From contig JAABTH010000007.1 in assembly GCA_011389985.1 (NCBI GenBank), forward strand, positions 21,769 through 85,768: a stretch of DNA of 64,000 bases, in the 5' to 3' direction. Both the position numbers and the translations under genes were made by a program. The stretch's first letter is position 1. The number at the start of each line of letters is the position of its first letter. Positions 1-12,765 of the stretch are shown here, one piece after another. The DNA comes from Bacillota bacterium (GTDB lineage: Bacteria; Bacillota; Dethiobacteria; DTU022). The notes beneath the pieces were generated by a model that saw only the letters and a program-made list of their open reading frames with translations, made no database searches and had not been told where the DNA came from.

Positions 1-1
1 C

Positions 2-1327
2 CTGGTCGGTTATAACTTAAGCCTTGTAGAAAACTGTTATGCAGCAGGGTTAGCCAAAGGCGGATCAAGTTTCGTTGGCGGACTGGTGGGAAAGAATTTG
101 GCCAGTTCAAAAGTTAAGGGAACTATAATTAACAGTTATTACGCTGTTGAGTCTGGTGGCCCTGCAGATATTTATGGCGAGCATCTTAATACCGCTGACA
201 TGAAGGAAATAGCTTCATTTACAGGTTGGAGTATGGCAGAAACTGGAGATTTCGACCCTGATGATGTTAAAGAGTGGTATATTTTTGCAGGGCAGGCCTT
301 TCCAAAACTTTTTTGGCAGTATGATATTTTGACAATCAAAGCGGCCAGCCATCAGAAAATCTATGGCTCGGCTGATCCTGTGTTTTCTTTTATCTATGCT
401 GGTTTCAGGCCCGGGGATAATGAGCAGATGCTTGACGGAAATCTGACTGCTAACCGGGAGCCAGGTGAGAGTGTGGGAAGCTACATTGTTAAATCATCAG
501 GAGTGACCGCGCTATGCAACAGTTACCTGCTGGTTTTTGAAGACGAACTGCTTGCTATCACTCCGAAAACCTTGGTTATAAAGGCTGACAGTTTTAAAAA
601 AGAGCATGGTCTGTTTTACAAATTTGAAGGCTCGGAGTATAGTTCTACAGGGTTGGTTGAAGGTGATCAGCTTTATTCAGTATTACTTGTCAGCGCCGGA
701 GCAGATGAGAGCGCTGCAGTAGGAGATTATCTTATCTCGGTCAGCGATGCTCTGGGTGTGGGACTTGAAAACTATAATATCCTTTATCTTGATGGAACTT
801 TAACTGTTTTTAAGGCAGGTATTACTAAAGCTCCTTCATTCGGGACCCCTGCTCAATCTTTCCCTGCTTATGAATATGACTGTGCATTACCGCCAAAGTT
901 TAATTCAATCCTACCCCTGGTTTTTGTACCCGAAAATTTAAAGCACATTCAGCAGCCGCTCATCACTACAGCTTTCATTAAGGAAGGTACAGCAGAAGAT
1001 CTTGCTACCGCTGCTGTAGTATACGAGAAAACCAGGCAGCAGTTTGAGGTAAACAGTTATAACCTGTCAGCCAGAGAATCAGCAATTGTCCAGGTAGAAC
1101 TTGCAGTTACGAAAGCGGCTGTGTATGCGCTTGATTACCTGCTTACAGCAGAAAAGGGCCTTCTTGATCTAATTGCTGAAGCTTATGCCGAGGCTGTCGA
1201 ACTCTTCTATGAGTACAAAGAATTCCTGACAGAGGAAGAATCGATGCTGGTTAAAGATTTACTAACTGCCGTGGAAAGGGTTCTTTTAAATGATGGATTT
1301 ATTGCGGAGGTTACCCTTACGCAATAA
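2..1327 (+). CDS. C-terminal part of a large surface/adhesin-like protein with GLUG motif and two MBG-type repeats. It is 5'-truncated by the window edge.
   Basis: The frame is open from nt 2 with no stop before the first Met at 86. An N-terminal GGLVGKN...YYAVESGG segment is GLUG-like. Two repeats match the MBG-domain pattern: LTIKAASHQKIYGSADPVFSFIYAGF and LVIKADSFKKEHGLFYKFEGSEY...NYNILYLDGTLTVFKAGI. The C-terminus is helical. Confidence 0.5.
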   Translation: MVGYNLSLVENCYAAGLAKGGSSFVGGLVGKNLASSKVKGTIINSYYAVESGGPADIYGEHLNTADMKEIASFTGWSMAETGDFDPDDVKEWYIFAGQAFPKLFWQYDILTIKAASHQKIYGSADPVFSFIYAGFRPGDNEQMLDGNLTANREPGESVGSYIVKSSGVTALCNSYLLVFEDELLAITPKTLVIKADSFKKEHGLFYKFEGSEYSSTGLVEGDQLYSVLLVSAGADESAAVGDYLISVSDALGVGLENYNILYLDGTLTVFKAGITKAPSFGTPAQSFPAYEYDCALPPKFNSILPLVFVPENLKHIQQPLITTAFIKEGTAEDLATAAVVYEKTRQQFEVNSYNLSARESAIVQVELAVTKAAVYALDYLLTAEKGLLDLIAEAYAEAVELFYEYKEFLTEEESMLVKDLLTAVERVLLNDGFIAEVTLTQ

Positions 1328-1359
1328 ATTGCAAAATACTATACTTAGCTTTATTATCT

Positions 1360-1397
1360 GTGACGAGTTTGGTAAAAGCCGATTCGTCACTTTTTCT
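1360..1397 (+). terminator. Rho-independent terminator after the surface-protein gene
   Basis: Inverted repeat GTGACGA ... TCGTCAC (1360-1366 / 1384-1390) followed by TTTTTCTACCTTT. Confidence 0.6.
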
Positions 1398-1475
1398 ACC
1401 TTTATGTCATAAATTATTTGACAAGATAAGAATAGAAAAATTCTTTCACTTTATAAAAATAATCGCTTAAGACCG

Positions 1476-1504
1476 TTGACACCCCCTTTTCCTTGTGATA
1501 ATAT
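1476..1504 (+). promoter_or_regulatory. Sigma-70-type promoter for rpoB-rpoC
   Basis: TTGACA, then a 17-nt spacer ending in TGa, then TAATAT. A ~170-nt leader follows before the rpoB ATG. Confidence 0.45.
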
Positions 1505-1680
1505 CTTAAGATGTCTAGTACTACCACTATGTGCTTTTTTAAGAATGATTCAGTCAGTCTTCTTGAATAATTTACATACCCTTAGGAGTAACAGTAGTAA
1601 CAGGGCTGTATTATGATTTCAGCCCGATTTATCTCGGTTTCTAAATCATAAACCAGGTAACAGGGGAGTGATTTTTTTTA

Positions 1681-4600
1681 ATGTCCAGTAGTGTTGCAGC
1701 AGTTAGTAACAATCGTCGTTCCTATGCCCGCATCACCGAAGTTCTTGATTTACCAAACCTGATTGAAGTTCAGAGCAGTTCCTTTGAATGGTTTTTAAGC
1801 CAGGGATTAAAAGAAATATTTGAAGATTTTTCTCCTATCCAGGATTTTACCGGCAACTTGGTTCTGGAATTTTTTGACTATACGCTCGGTGAACCGAAGT
1901 ATTCGGTTGACGATTGCAAAGAGCGTGATGCCACCTATGCCGTCCCCCTCAAAGTGAGGGTGCGCCTGATCAACCAGGAAACCGGTGAAGTTAAGGAGCA
2001 GGAAGTTTTCATGGGCGATTTTCCGATGATGACTGAAAACGGCACCTTTATTATTAACGGTGCTGAAAGGGTTATCGTCAGCCAGCTGGTTCGTTCGCCG
2101 GGGGTTTATTTTAAAAAGCAGCCTGATCCTACCGGTAGCACAGGCAAAGAGCTTATCAGCGCTACAATTATTCCGAATCGTGGAACGTGGCTCGAGTTTG
2201 AAACAGATGTATCAGACAATATTTTTGTCAGGGTCGACCGGACCAGAAAAATTCCGGTAACAGTCCTGCTAAGAGCAATTGGTTACGGCACTGACGAGCA
2301 GATTCTTGAGCTTTTGGGAAATGATTCGCGCCTGGCAGAGATTATTGAAAAGGACCATACCGATTCTGAAGATTCGGCTTTACTTGAGATATACAAGCGT
2401 CTCCGTCCCGGTGAACCTTTAAATGTTGATAACGCCCGCTCGCTTTTTGAGTCGCTCTTCTTTGACGGTAAAAGATATGATTTTGCTCATGTCGGCCGCT
2501 TTAAGGCCAATAAAAAGCTTTCAATGTCTAACCGTTTATTCGGCCAGGAACTTGCCGAAGATATTGTAGATCCCCTAAGTGGTGATGTTATTTACCCCGC
2601 GGGAACGGTTATTGATGAAGAAGCTGGCAAAATCATTGATGAACACGGGATAAAGCGAGCTAAAGTCAGGCATCGCGATGAAGTTCATCTTGTGATCGGT
2701 AACGGTACGGTTGAACTCTCAACCAGGCACCTGGTTGTTGCCGATATTATTGCTACAGTAAGCTATATTCTCAATCTTTTTGACGGTATCGGCTATATAG
2801 ACGATATTGATCACCTTGGGAACCGACGTTTGCGCAGTGTTGGTGAACTGCTGCAGAACCAGTTCAGAATCGGTTTGTCGAGAATGGAAAGGGTTGTCCG
2901 GGAGCGGATGACCATCCAGGATGTAGAAGCAATCACACCGCAGGCTTTGATCAACATCAGACCGGTAATTGCTTCAATCAAAGAATTTTTTGGCAGCAGC
3001 CAGCTTTCGCAGTTCATGGATCAGACCAACCCGCTGGCCGAGCTTACCCATAAACGTCGTCTTAGCGCTCTTGGTCCGGGCGGCTTAAGTCGTGAGCGAG
3101 CCGGGTTTGAAGTGCGCGATGTACATCACTCTCACTATGGTCGGATTTGCCCGATTGAAACTCCTGAGGGACCGAACATTGGTTTGATTGGTTCACTGGG
3201 CACTTATGCCCGCATTAACAATTACGGTTTTATTGAAACTCCTTACCGCCGCGTTGATAAAAAAGAAGGGCGGGTAACTTCTGAAATAGTCTACCTTACA
3301 GCCGACGATGAAGACCGTTTTGTAATTGCCCAGGCGAACGCTATCCTAAATGATGATGGCCGTTTTGCAGCCAACCGGGTTGCCTGTCGCTACTATTATG
3401 ATACGGTTATGCGAAGCCCTAACGATGTCGATTTTATGGACGTTTCACCGAAACAGCTGGTTAGTGTGGCCACCGCTCTAATTCCGTTCCTTGAGAACGA
3501 TGATGCCAACCGCGCCCTGATGGGTGCGAACATGCAGCGCCAGGCTGTGCCCCTTTTAAAGACCGAAGCACCCCTGGTGGGAACCGGCCTTGAATACAAG
3601 GCTGCTGTTGATTCCGGGGCAGTGGCAATCTGTTTGAATGACGGAGAGGTTGTAAGGGTTACAAGTAATGAAATCATAGTTCGTCGTGCTGAAGACGGTG
3701 AAGGCCAAAACTATATCATCAACGGACGAACACGTGAGAAATTTGAAACAGATCGCAAGCCAGGTCTTGATAACGGCCTGGATATATATGTATTGCAAAA
3801 GTTTAAACGTTCCAACCAGGGTACTTGTGTTAACCAGCATCCCATTGTCAGGCACGGTCAGACGGTAAAGGTCGGTGAAGTTATTGCCGATGGTTCATGT
3901 ACGAGCAAAGGTGAGATGGCTCTGGGCAGAAATGTGCTGGTGGCGTTCCTCCCCTGGGAAGGTTACAACTATGAGGATGCAATACTGATCAGTGAAAAAC
4001 TTGTTAAGGACGATGTGTACACTTCTATTCATATTGAAGAGTACGAGTCGGAAGCCCGTGACACCAAGTTGGGTCCTGAAGAGATTACCCGCGACATACC
4101 AAATGTTGGTGAAGAAGCGCTAAAAGATCTTGATGGGCGCGGTATTATTCGAGTCGGCGCTGAAGTAAGAGCCGGTGATATTCTGGTCGGCAAAGTGACC
4201 CCCAAGGGTGAAACAGAGCTGACTGCAGAAGAAAGGCTATTAAGAGCAATATTTGGCGAAAAAGCGCGTGAGGTTCGCGATACTTCTTTGCGTATACCTC
4301 ACGGTGAATCCGGTATAGTAGTTGATGTAAAAGTCTTTAACCGTGAAGAGGGCGATGAACTTTCTCCGGGAGTTAATCAGCTGGTGCGAGTTTATGTGGC
4401 CCAGAAGCGGAAAATTTCTGAAGGAGATAAAATGGCCGGCAGACACGGTAACAAGGGTGTAATCGCCCGTATTCTGCCTGAAGAAGATATGCCCTTCATG
4501 CCTGACGGCTCTCCCCTGGAGATTGTTCTTAATCCTCTCGGGGTTCCTTCAAGGATGAATATCGGCCAGGTGCTGGAGGCTCACCTTGGCTGGTCGGCAA

Positions 4601-5541
4601 AAGTTCTTGACATTGAGATTGCCTCACCAGTTTTTGACGGAGCATCGGAAGATGATGTATTTGCCGCATTTTCCGAGGCCGGACTTCCCGAGAACGGCAA
4701 AACTATTCTTTACGACGGCCGCACCGGTGAGCCTTTTGATGAGAAGATTACAGTAGGATATGTTTACATGTTGAAACTGGCCCACCTTGTTGATGATAAA
4801 ATTCATGCTCGTTCAACCGGTCCGTACTCGCTGGTTACACAGCAGCCGCTTGGCGGTAAAGCCCAGTTTGGCGGGCAGCGTTTCGGTGAGATGGAAGTTT
4901 GGGCTCTTGAAGCCTACGGCGCGGCTTATACATTACAGGAGATTCTCACTGTTAAGTCTGATGATGTCGTCGGACGGGTTAAAACCTATGAAGCAATTGT
5001 CAAAGGTGAGAATATTCCTGAACCGGGCGTGCCGGAATCATTCAAGGTTTTAATCAAGGAGCTGCAAAGTCTCTGCCTAGATGTTCGTGTCCTCAGCGAG
5101 GAAACAGGCGAGGTGGAGATTAAGGAAGGTGACGACGATACCGATTATCGTCGCCTTGATGTAAATATTGAAGGAATGGAATCAGATGAAGACGATCTTG
5201 ACCATTTCGTTTACCGTAAGGAATCTGCAGCCGATCCTACAAATGCAGAAAAGGTTAAATCAGGTAAAGTTGAAGAACCCGCCACTAAACCCGCCACTAA
5301 AGATGAAGATATTGTTGTTACAAGCGGGGAAAAAGAAGATCAGGTAGTGGTTTCGAAGGTAATAAAACCTGATGAAGTCGAGGAAGTATCCCTCGAACAG
5401 CTTGAAGAACTTGAAAAAAATGATGACGATGAAAGTGATGAAGAGCTGAAACCGAAGCGTGCGTCGAAAAAACCAAGAATTGAAGAAGAGCCGGATGAAG
5501 AACCGGACGAGCTTGATGAAGACGAAGAAAACATCTACTAG
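1681..5541 (+). CDS. rpoB: DNA-directed RNA polymerase subunit beta with an unusually long acidic C-terminal extension
   Basis: 1286-aa ORF. The N-terminal [15 protein letters not shown] and internal motifs are diagnostic of RpoB. SD-like GGGGAG lies upstream. Confidence 0.97.
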   Translation: MSSSVAAVSNNRRSYARITEVLDLPNLIEVQSSSFEWFLSQGLKEIFEDFSPIQDFTGNLVLEFFDYTLGEPKYSVDDCKERDATYAVPLKVRVRLINQETGEVKEQEVFMGDFPMMTENGTFIINGAERVIVSQLVRSPGVYFKKQPDPTGSTGKELISATIIPNRGTWLEFETDVSDNIFVRVDRTRKIPVTVLLRAIGYGTDEQILELLGNDSRLAEIIEKDHTDSEDSALLEIYKRLRPGEPLNVDNARSLFESLFFDGKRYDFAHVGRFKANKKLSMSNRLFGQELAEDIVDPLSGDVIYPAGTVIDEEAGKIIDEHGIKRAKVRHRDEVHLVIGNGTVELSTRHLVVADIIATVSYILNLFDGIGYIDDIDHLGNRRLRSVGELLQNQFRIGLSRMERVVRERMTIQDVEAITPQALINIRPVIASIKEFFGSSQLSQFMDQTNPLAELTHKRRLSALGPGGLSRERAGFEVRDVHHSHYGRICPIETPEGPNIGLIGSLGTYARINNYGFIETPYRRVDKKEGRVTSEIVYLTADDEDRFVIAQANAILNDDGRFAANRVACRYYYDTVMRSPNDVDFMDVSPKQLVSVATALIPFLENDDANRALMGANMQRQAVPLLKTEAPLVGTGLEYKAAVDSGAVAICLNDGEVVRVTSNEIIVRRAEDGEGQNYIINGRTREKFETDRKPGLDNGLDIYVLQKFKRSNQGTCVNQHPIVRHGQTVKVGEVIADGSCTSKGEMALGRNVLVAFLPWEGYNYEDAILISEKLVKDDVYTSIHIEEYESEARDTKLGPEEITRDIPNVGEEALKDLDGRGIIRVGAEVRAGDILVGKVTPKGETELTAEERLLRAIFGEKAREVRDTSLRIPHGESGIVVDVKVFNREEGDELSPGVNQLVRVYVAQKRKISEGDKMAGRHGNKGVIARILPEEDMPFMPDGSPLEIVLNPLGVPSRMNIGQVLEAHLGWSAKVLDIEIASPVFDGASEDDVFAAFSEAGLPENGKTILYDGRTGEPFDEKITVGYVYMLKLAHLVDDKIHARSTGPYSLVTQQPLGGKAQFGGQRFGEMEVWALEAYGAAYTLQEILTVKSDDVVGRVKTYEAIVKGENIPEPGVPESFKVLIKELQSLCLDVRVLSEETGEVEIKEGDDDTDYRRLDVNIEGMESDEDDLDHFVYRKESAADPTNAEKVKSGKVEEPATKPATKDEDIVVTSGEKEDQVVVSKVIKPDEVEEVSLEQLEELEKNDDDESDEELKPKRASKKPRIEEEPDEEPDELDEDEENIY

Positions 5542-5578
5542 TAGCTCAGGCTGACCCCTGGCGAAAGGAGAGATCTTT

Positions 5579-8500
5579 TTGTTGGATGTTAATAATTTTG
5601 ATGCCTTAAAAATTGGTCTGGCTTCATCTGAACAAATTAGAGCCTGGTCGAGAGGTGAAGTCAAGAAACCGGAAACAATCAATTACCGGACTCTCAAGCC
5701 GGAACGTGAAGGGCTCTTCTGTGAAAAAATATTCGGTCCGCAAAAAGACTGGGAATGCCATTGCGGCAAATACAAACGGGTTCGTTACCGCGGTATTGTT
5801 TGTGATCGCTGTGGCGTTGAGGTAACCAGGGCTAAGGTGCGCCGGGAGCGGATGGGCCATATTGAGCTGGCCGCTCCGGTATCTCACATCTGGTATTTTA
5901 AGGGAATTCCCAGCAGGATGGGCCTTCTGCTCGATATGTCGCCGCGGGCTCTTGAAAAAGTACTCTATTTTGCCGCTTATGTGGTAATTGATCCCGGTGA
6001 TACCTATTTAAGCAAGAAACAGCTTTTGACAGAAGTCGAATACCGCGAGTATTTCGAAAAATACCAGGCGCTTTTTAAAAGCAATAAAGGTTTCAAGGCC
6101 GAGATGGGTGCAGAAGCGGTTAAAAAACTATTAACCGGCCTTGATCTTGAAGAGATTGCTTTAGAATTACGTGAAGAGCTGGCTACATCAAGCGGACAGA
6201 AAAAAGTGCGCGCAATTCGCCGTCTTGAAGTGGTAGAGGCGTTCAGACAGTCTGGAAACGATCCATCCTGGATGATCCTGGATGCTATACCGGTAATTCC
6301 ACCCGACCTGCGGCCAATGGTTCAGCTGGACGGTGGACGGTTTGCAACATCAGATCTAAATGATTTATACAGAAGAGTAATTAACCGCAACAATCGTCTG
6401 AAGCGGCTTCTTGATCTTGGCGCTCCTGATATCATTGTCCGTAATGAAAAACGAATGCTGCAGGAAGCTGTTGATGCATTAATTGACAACGGCCGCCGCG
6501 GCCGCCCGGTAACCGGACCCGGTAATCGCCCCCTTAAGTCACTCAGTGACATGCTTAAAGGAAAACAGGGACGTTTCCGTCAGAACTTGCTTGGCAAGAG
6601 GGTTGACTATTCAGGTCGCTCGGTTATTGTTGTTGGTCCCGAGTTAAAACTTTACCAGTGCGGCTTACCGAAAGAGATGGCTCTTGAACTATTTAAACCC
6701 TTCGTGATGAAGCGTTTGGTCAGTGACGGCCTTGCTCATAATATAAAGAGCGCAAAACGCATGGTTGAAAAGGTGCGTCCCGAAGTATGGGATGTTCTTG
6801 AAGAAGTAATTAAAGATCACCCTGTGCTGCTCAACAGGGCGCCTACCCTGCACCGTCTTGGTATCCAGGCTTTTGAACCTGTCCTGGTCGAGGGGCGCGC
6901 AATTCAGATTCACCCTCTGGTTTGTTCGGCTTATAACGCTGACTTTGATGGCGACCAGATGGCCGTTCACGTGCCGCTTTCTGCTGAAGCCCAAACTGAA
7001 GCGCGTTTATTAATGCTATCAGCACATAATATACTTAATCCAAAAGAAGGGCGTCCGGTAACCACCCCTACCCAGGATATGGTGCTTGGTTGCTATTACC
7101 TTACCCTTGAAAAAGACGGGGTAAAAGGTGAAGGAAAAGTTTTCCCCGATACGGATGAAGCAGTAATGGCTTATGAACTCGGTTATCTTGATCTTCATGC
7201 GCGTATTCTTATCAGGGCTGCCGGTTTTAAAGGTCGGGATTTTGCGCGCCGTAAAAAATATATTTTAACTACTGCCGGCAAGGTAATCTTTAACGAGGTC
7301 TTTCCGAAAGACTTCCCCTTCATGAATAATGCTGACTTTAACGATTCTCTGCCTGAAAATACTTTTGTTCCAATTAAAGGCCTTGATCCGACACAGTTGC
7401 TTAAAAACCAGCCGCGGAATAAGGCGATAAAAAAAGATTTTCTGGCGGAACTTATTGCCCGCTGTTATCGCATGTATGGTAACACTAAGACGGCAGAAAT
7501 TTTAGACCAGGTTAAAAAACTCGGATTCCATTATGCTACCCGCGCCGGGGTTACTGTCGCGGTCAGCGATATTCTGGTTCCGGAGCAAAAACAGGAAATT
7601 CTCAAAGATGCTGAAGAAAAAGTGGAAACTACTGAAACTCAGTACTCACATGGCCTGATAACGGAAAGCGAACGTTATGATCGGGTCATCGAGGTTTGGG
7701 GCAAGGCAAAAGACCAGGTTACAAAGGCCCTGATGAGTGGTCTTGATGAGTTAAACCCCATCTACATGATGGCTCATTCAGGGGCCCGTGGTAATGAATC
7801 GCAGATAACGCAGCTTGCCGGAATGCGCGGTCTTATGGCCGACCCGACCGGTAGGATTATTGACGTTCCCATTAAGGCTAACTTCCGTGAGGGACTGACA
7901 GTTTTGGAGTACTTCATTTCAACGCACGGCGCCCGGAAAGGGCTCGCCGATACGGCACTAAAAACTGCCGACTCAGGTTACCTTACCCGTCGTCTTGTCG
8001 ATGTTGTTCAGGATGTTATTGTCCGTGAAGATGATTGCGGCACCGGTCAGTCTATCGGATTAAGCGAATTTCTCGAAAGCGATGAGCCACTTGAGGAAGC
8101 AGTAAATCGTTTGATTGGTCGCTATACCATGGAGCCGGTTTATCACCCCGAAACAGATGAGGTTGTAATACCGGCTGATACCCTAATTACGGAAGAACTG
8201 GCTGTGAAAGTTGCTAAACTTAATATTACCGAAGTGCGATTCCGCTCGGTGCTTACCTGTAAAACACGTCACGGAGTTTGTGTCAAGTGTTATGGACGCG
8301 ATCTCGCTAACGGAAAGATTGTTAATGTAGGCGAAGCCGTCGGCATTATAGCCGCCCAGTCAATTGGTGAACCAGGCACTCAGCTGACAATGCGTACTTT
8401 CCACACCGGCGGTGTGGCCGGCGACGATATTACCCAGGGTTTACCCAGGGTTGAAGAGCTTTTTGAGGCTCGTAAACCTAAGGGACAGTCGCTGATTGCT

Positions 8501-9283
8501 GAAATTGCCGGTGAAATTGAACTAATGGAAACCCGCTACAAGCGTGAGATTAGATTAACGGCCGAACATGGTGAAAGCCGGGTCTATCCGATACCGTACG
8601 GAGCGAGGATAAAAATTGAAAACGGTCAGAATGTAAATGCCGGTGATGAGCTTACCGAAGGTTCGATTAACCCACATGAACTGCTTAAAGTTAAGGGTGT
8701 GCGTGGTGTTCAGTTATACCTGCTTAAAGAGGTACAGTGGGTATATAAGATGCAGGGTGTTGATATTAGCGATAAACACATCGAGATCATTGTGAGGCAG
8801 ATGCTTAAGAAAGTTAAGGTAGAAGATCCCGGTGATACAGATCTTTTGCCAGGAGGAATGCTTGACAGTCATGTCTTTGAAGAGATAAACTCAGCCGTGG
8901 TTGAAGAGGGCGGACAGCCGGCTTTAGCCCGCCCGCTGTTGCTTGGCATTACTAAGACATCTCTTGCTACCGAATCGTTCCTGTCTGCGGCTTCATTCCA
9001 GGAAACAACCCGGGTGCTTACCGAGGCGTCGATTAAAGGCCGCCAGGATCAGCTGCTGGGTTTGAAAGAAAATGTTATTATCGGAAAGCTAATCCCGGCA
9101 GGAACCGGTATGACCCGCTACCGCAACATAAATGTTCACCCGCTGGGTCTTGAAACCGAGGCGGATGAAGAAAATGTGATTGATATCGATCACGTGATTG
9201 ACTCTGAAGAAACAGTTGTATCGGCGCAAACCGATAACCGTTCTGAGAGTATTGAAGAAGATCCGGAAGTGCTCGAGGATTAA
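5579..9283 (+). CDS. rpoC: DNA-directed RNA polymerase subunit beta prime
   Basis: 1234-aa ORF with TTG start after GAAAGGAGAG. The N-terminus is [26 protein letters not shown]. The double-psi beta-barrel catalytic motif [12 protein letters not shown] is present. Confidence 0.97.
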   Translation: MLDVNNFDALKIGLASSEQIRAWSRGEVKKPETINYRTLKPEREGLFCEKIFGPQKDWECHCGKYKRVRYRGIVCDRCGVEVTRAKVRRERMGHIELAAPVSHIWYFKGIPSRMGLLLDMSPRALEKVLYFAAYVVIDPGDTYLSKKQLLTEVEYREYFEKYQALFKSNKGFKAEMGAEAVKKLLTGLDLEEIALELREELATSSGQKKVRAIRRLEVVEAFRQSGNDPSWMILDAIPVIPPDLRPMVQLDGGRFATSDLNDLYRRVINRNNRLKRLLDLGAPDIIVRNEKRMLQEAVDALIDNGRRGRPVTGPGNRPLKSLSDMLKGKQGRFRQNLLGKRVDYSGRSVIVVGPELKLYQCGLPKEMALELFKPFVMKRLVSDGLAHNIKSAKRMVEKVRPEVWDVLEEVIKDHPVLLNRAPTLHRLGIQAFEPVLVEGRAIQIHPLVCSAYNADFDGDQMAVHVPLSAEAQTEARLLMLSAHNILNPKEGRPVTTPTQDMVLGCYYLTLEKDGVKGEGKVFPDTDEAVMAYELGYLDLHARILIRAAGFKGRDFARRKKYILTTAGKVIFNEVFPKDFPFMNNADFNDSLPENTFVPIKGLDPTQLLKNQPRNKAIKKDFLAELIARCYRMYGNTKTAEILDQVKKLGFHYATRAGVTVAVSDILVPEQKQEILKDAEEKVETTETQYSHGLITESERYDRVIEVWGKAKDQVTKALMSGLDELNPIYMMAHSGARGNESQITQLAGMRGLMADPTGRIIDVPIKANFREGLTVLEYFISTHGARKGLADTALKTADSGYLTRRLVDVVQDVIVREDDCGTGQSIGLSEFLESDEPLEEAVNRLIGRYTMEPVYHPETDEVVIPADTLITEELAVKVAKLNITEVRFRSVLTCKTRHGVCVKCYGRDLANGKIVNVGEAVGIIAAQSIGEPGTQLTMRTFHTGGVAGDDITQGLPRVEELFEARKPKGQSLIAEIAGEIELMETRYKREIRLTAEHGESRVYPIPYGARIKIENGQNVNAGDELTEGSINPHELLKVKGVRGVQLYLLKEVQWVYKMQGVDISDKHIEIIVRQMLKKVKVEDPGDTDLLPGGMLDSHVFEEINSAVVEEGGQPALARPLLLGITKTSLATESFLSAASFQETTRVLTEASIKGRQDQLLGLKENVIIGKLIPAGTGMTRYRNINVHPLGLETEADEENVIDIDHVIDSEETVVSAQTDNRSESIEEDPEVLED

Positions 9284-9289
9284 TATTTT

Positions 9290-9311
9290 TGGACTTTAAT
9301 TGGACTTTAAT
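9290..9311 (+). repeat. Perfect tandem duplication of an 11-bp unit (TGGACTTTAAT x2) just after the rpoC stop
   Basis: Direct reading of 9290-9300 and 9301-9311. Confidence 0.8.
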
Positions 9312-9322
9312 AGAAGTTTTAA

Positions 9323-9351
9323 TTGACAAGCCTATGCTGCGGTGATAGAAT
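9323..9351 (+). promoter_or_regulatory. Promoter for the L7Ae-rpsL-rpsG-fusA-tuf (str) operon
   Basis: TTGACA (9323-9328), 17-nt spacer with TGa, TAGAAT (9346-9351). Confidence 0.5.
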
Positions 9352-9414
9352 CTTAAAGTGCGTCTGAAGGCGTGCCTGGGATAGGTATGGCAATAAGGAG
9401 AGTGTGCCTTTCCG

Positions 9415-9660
9415 GTGGAAGATTTACTAAAGAATACCAAACATAAAGTGGTTGGTACAAAACAGACGCTTAAAGCCCTGGAAAAAAGGGAAGCAAGTAT
9501 GGTTATCGTTGCCAGGGATGCAGAAGATAAAGTGATTCGACCCGTAATTTCTCTGTGCGAAGCGAATAATATCGAAGTTCAATATGTAGATTCGATGATT
9601 CAGCTCGGCAGGATATGCGGAATTAAAGTAAAAGCGGCAGTAGCTGCCATTACTGAATAA
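9415..9660 (+). CDS. Ribosome-associated L7Ae-family protein (YbxF-like). Uses a GTG start.
   Basis: 81 aa with the L7Ae/L30e fold signature (KQTLKALEKREASMVIVARDAED...). It occupies the conserved Firmicute position between rpoC and rpsL. AAGGAGAG SD lies 12 nt upstream. Confidence 0.85.
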   Translation: MEDLLKNTKHKVVGTKQTLKALEKREASMVIVARDAEDKVIRPVISLCEANNIEVQYVDSMIQLGRICGIKVKAAVAAITE

Positions 9661-9675
9661 AAAGGAGGTGGACTA

Positions 9676-10053
9676 ATGCCGACAATTAACCAATTAGTTC
9701 GTAAGGGCCGCAAGCAAATGACCAAAAAATCGTCTGCTCCGGCGCTTGAACGTTCCCCGCAGAAAAGGGGCGTTTGCACCCGTGTTTCGACAACCACACC
9801 AAAGAAACCGAACTCGGCCTTACGTAAAATTGCCAGAGTCCGCCTGACCAATGGGATTGAAGTAACCGCCTACATTCCAGGGATTGGGCACAACCTGCAG
9901 GAACACTCAGTGGTCCTTGTCAGGGGTGGAAGAGTAAAGGATTTACCTGGTGTGCGCTATCACCTGGTAAGGGGAGCTCTCGATGCGGCCGGTGTTGAAA
10001 ACAGGGCGCAGGGACGTTCGAAATACGGCACAAAGCGGCCGAAGGCGCAGTAA
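9676..10053 (+). CDS. rpsL: 30S ribosomal protein S12
   Basis: [12 protein letters not shown]...[10 protein letters not shown] is a canonical S12 sequence. Confidence 0.97.
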   Translation: MPTINQLVRKGRKQMTKKSSAPALERSPQKRGVCTRVSTTTPKKPNSALRKIARVRLTNGIEVTAYIPGIGHNLQEHSVVLVRGGRVKDLPGVRYHLVRGALDAAGVENRAQGRSKYGTKRPKAQ

Positions 10054-10072
10054 ATAAGTAAGGAGTGGATGA

Positions 10073-10549
<477 letters not shown>

Positions 10550-10667
10550 AAGCAATTTTATGATCCGGGCGGTTTAATCATGAAAATCAATCGATGTCAG
10601 GGTTTTGAGTTTATCCGGATTTCCGGTTCTCTGATTTCTGACTACCGTCTTTGGAAGGAGGGATGAA

Positions 10668-12743
10668 ATGAGCAAGGAAGCACAATTGAGCCAGATTAGA
10701 AATATTGGTATTGCTGCACATATTGATGCCGGCAAAACAACAACAACAGAGAGAATTCTTTTCTATACCGGGCGTTTGCACCGGTTGGGTGAAGTGCATG
10801 AAGGAACAGCTACTATGGACTGGATGGCTCAGGAACAGGAACGCGGTATTACGATTACTTCGGCTGCAACTTCCTGCCGGTGGCGCGATTTTTTAATTAA
10901 TATTATCGATACGCCCGGGCACGTGGACTTTACAGTTGAGGTTGAACGTTCATTGCGTGTTCTTGATGGAATGGTAGCAATCTTTTGCGCCAAGGGCGGG
11001 GTTGAGCCGCAATCGGAAACTGTTTGGCGTCAGGCTGATCGATACCATGTACCGCGATTGGCCTACATAAATAAAATGGATGCAGTTGGCGCAGATTTTT
11101 TCAGTGTGTTGGGCCAGCTTCAGGACAGGCTTCATGCTCATGCCCTTCCGCTTCAGCTTCCGGTTGGTACTGAAAGTGAATTTGCCGGGGTTATTGACCT
11201 TATTTCAGAGCGCGCAATTATATATGAAGATGATCTTGGCACGCGCAGTAACGAGAGCGATATTCCTGAAGATATGTTAGAATTGGTGGCTGAATATCGG
11301 GAGAAGATTCTTGAAGCAGTTGCTGATGTAGACGACTCTTTGATGGAAAAATACTTTAGTGGTGAAAAAATTAGTTCTGACGACATATATAAGGCATTGC
11401 GCAAGGCGGTTATCCATGATAATCTTGTGCCTGTTTTGTGTGGTTCATCATATAAAAATAAAGGTGTACAGCTGCTGTTGGATGCTGTTGTTAACCTTAT
11501 GCCTTCACCAGTTGACGTTGGCGCAGTAAAAGGGTTTAATCCCAACAACGGGGAGGAAGATTTTCGCTTGCCCGCAAATGATGCGCCTTTCGCTGCCCTG
11601 GTTTTTAAAATTATGGTGGATCCCTTTGTCGGTAAATTAGCTTTTGCCCGGGTTTATTCCGGTACGCTTGAAAAAGGATCGGTAGTCTACAACGCTGCGC
11701 GACAGAAGCGTCAGCGGATAGGACGCCTGATTCGCATGCATGCCAATTTCCGGGAGGAAATTGATCGCGCCACAACCGGTGATATTATTGGGATAATTGG
11801 TCCAAAAGAGATCAGTACCGGCGATACACTCTGTGCGCTCGATAAGCAGATTGTTTTAGAGAATATTCAATTTCCCGAGCCGGTTATTTCTATTGCTATC
11901 GAACCAAAAACTAAAGCTGACCAGGATAAAATGACTGTTTCTATGCAGCATCTGTCCGAAGAAGATCCGACTTTCCAGATTTACAGCGATAAGGAAACGG
12001 GACAGACAATTATATCCGGGATGGGCGAGCTTCACCTGGAAATCATAGTTGACCGTTTGCTGCGCGAGTTTAAAGTACAGGCTAATGTCGGCAATCCGCA
12101 GGTAGCTTACAAGGAAACTGTTTTAGGTGAAACATCTGCTGAAGGTAAATTTGTCCGTCAGTCAGGTGGACGCGGTCAGTATGGTCACGTTGTAATTGAG
12201 CTTTCACCGCTTGAATCAGGTGGCGGATTTGTTTTTGAAAACAAAATTGTTGGCGGAGCAATTCCGAAAGAGTTTATCCCTTCAGTGGAAGGCGGTTTGA
12301 AAGAATCAGCTTTAAACGGTGTTCTCTCCGGTTACCCGGTTGTAGATATCAAGGTTGTCTTGAAAGACGGTTCTTTCCACGAAGTCGATTCATCGGAAAT
12401 GGCATTCCGCATTGCCGCTTCAAAGGCGCTTAAAACTGCGCTATCCAAAGCGAAACCGGTACTTTTGGAACCGGTAATGAAAGTTGAAGTTACCGCTCCC
12501 GAGGAGTATGTTGGCGATATTATCGGAGATTTTACCAGCCGTCGCGGACGTATTCTCGGCACTGAGTTAAAAAGCGGGCTGCAGATAGTCAGGGGTGTAG
12601 TGCCTCTATCCGAAATATTTGGATACGCTACCGAACTACGTTCGCATACTCAGGGCCGTGGAGTATATAATATGGAGTTTTATCGTTATGAAGAGGTACC
12701 ACAGAGCATTGCTCAAAAAATTATCACTCAAAGCGGTGCTTAA
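10668..12743 (+). CDS. fusA: Elongation factor G
   Basis: 691 aa. The G1 motif [17 protein letters not shown], and EF-G domain IV/V sequences are present. Confidence 0.97.
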   Translation: MSKEAQLSQIRNIGIAAHIDAGKTTTTERILFYTGRLHRLGEVHEGTATMDWMAQEQERGITITSAATSCRWRDFLINIIDTPGHVDFTVEVERSLRVLDGMVAIFCAKGGVEPQSETVWRQADRYHVPRLAYINKMDAVGADFFSVLGQLQDRLHAHALPLQLPVGTESEFAGVIDLISERAIIYEDDLGTRSNESDIPEDMLELVAEYREKILEAVADVDDSLMEKYFSGEKISSDDIYKALRKAVIHDNLVPVLCGSSYKNKGVQLLLDAVVNLMPSPVDVGAVKGFNPNNGEEDFRLPANDAPFAALVFKIMVDPFVGKLAFARVYSGTLEKGSVVYNAARQKRQRIGRLIRMHANFREEIDRATTGDIIGIIGPKEISTGDTLCALDKQIVLENIQFPEPVISIAIEPKTKADQDKMTVSMQHLSEEDPTFQIYSDKETGQTIISGMGELHLEIIVDRLLREFKVQANVGNPQVAYKETVLGETSAEGKFVRQSGGRGQYGHVVIELSPLESGGGFVFENKIVGGAIPKEFIPSVEGGLKESALNGVLSGYPVVDIKVVLKDGSFHEVDSSEMAFRIAASKALKTALSKAKPVLLEPVMKVEVTAPEEYVGDIIGDFTSRRGRILGTELKSGLQIVRGVVPLSEIFGYATELRSHTQGRGVYNMEFYRYEEVPQSIAQKIITQSGA

Positions 12744-12765
12744 TAATAGTTGGAGGTGTATTTAG

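Noticed and set aside
5260-5682. 140-aa and 64-aa minus-strand ORFs within the rpoB tail
   Set aside because: They arise from the repetitive GAA/GAT-rich acidic tail coding region, which is a low-complexity mirror artefact.
10550-10667. Partial palindromes (ATCCGG…CCGGAT) between rpsG and fusA as a terminator/attenuator
   Set aside because: There is no stable stem with a following U-run. It is probably only local structure within a polycistronic transcript.
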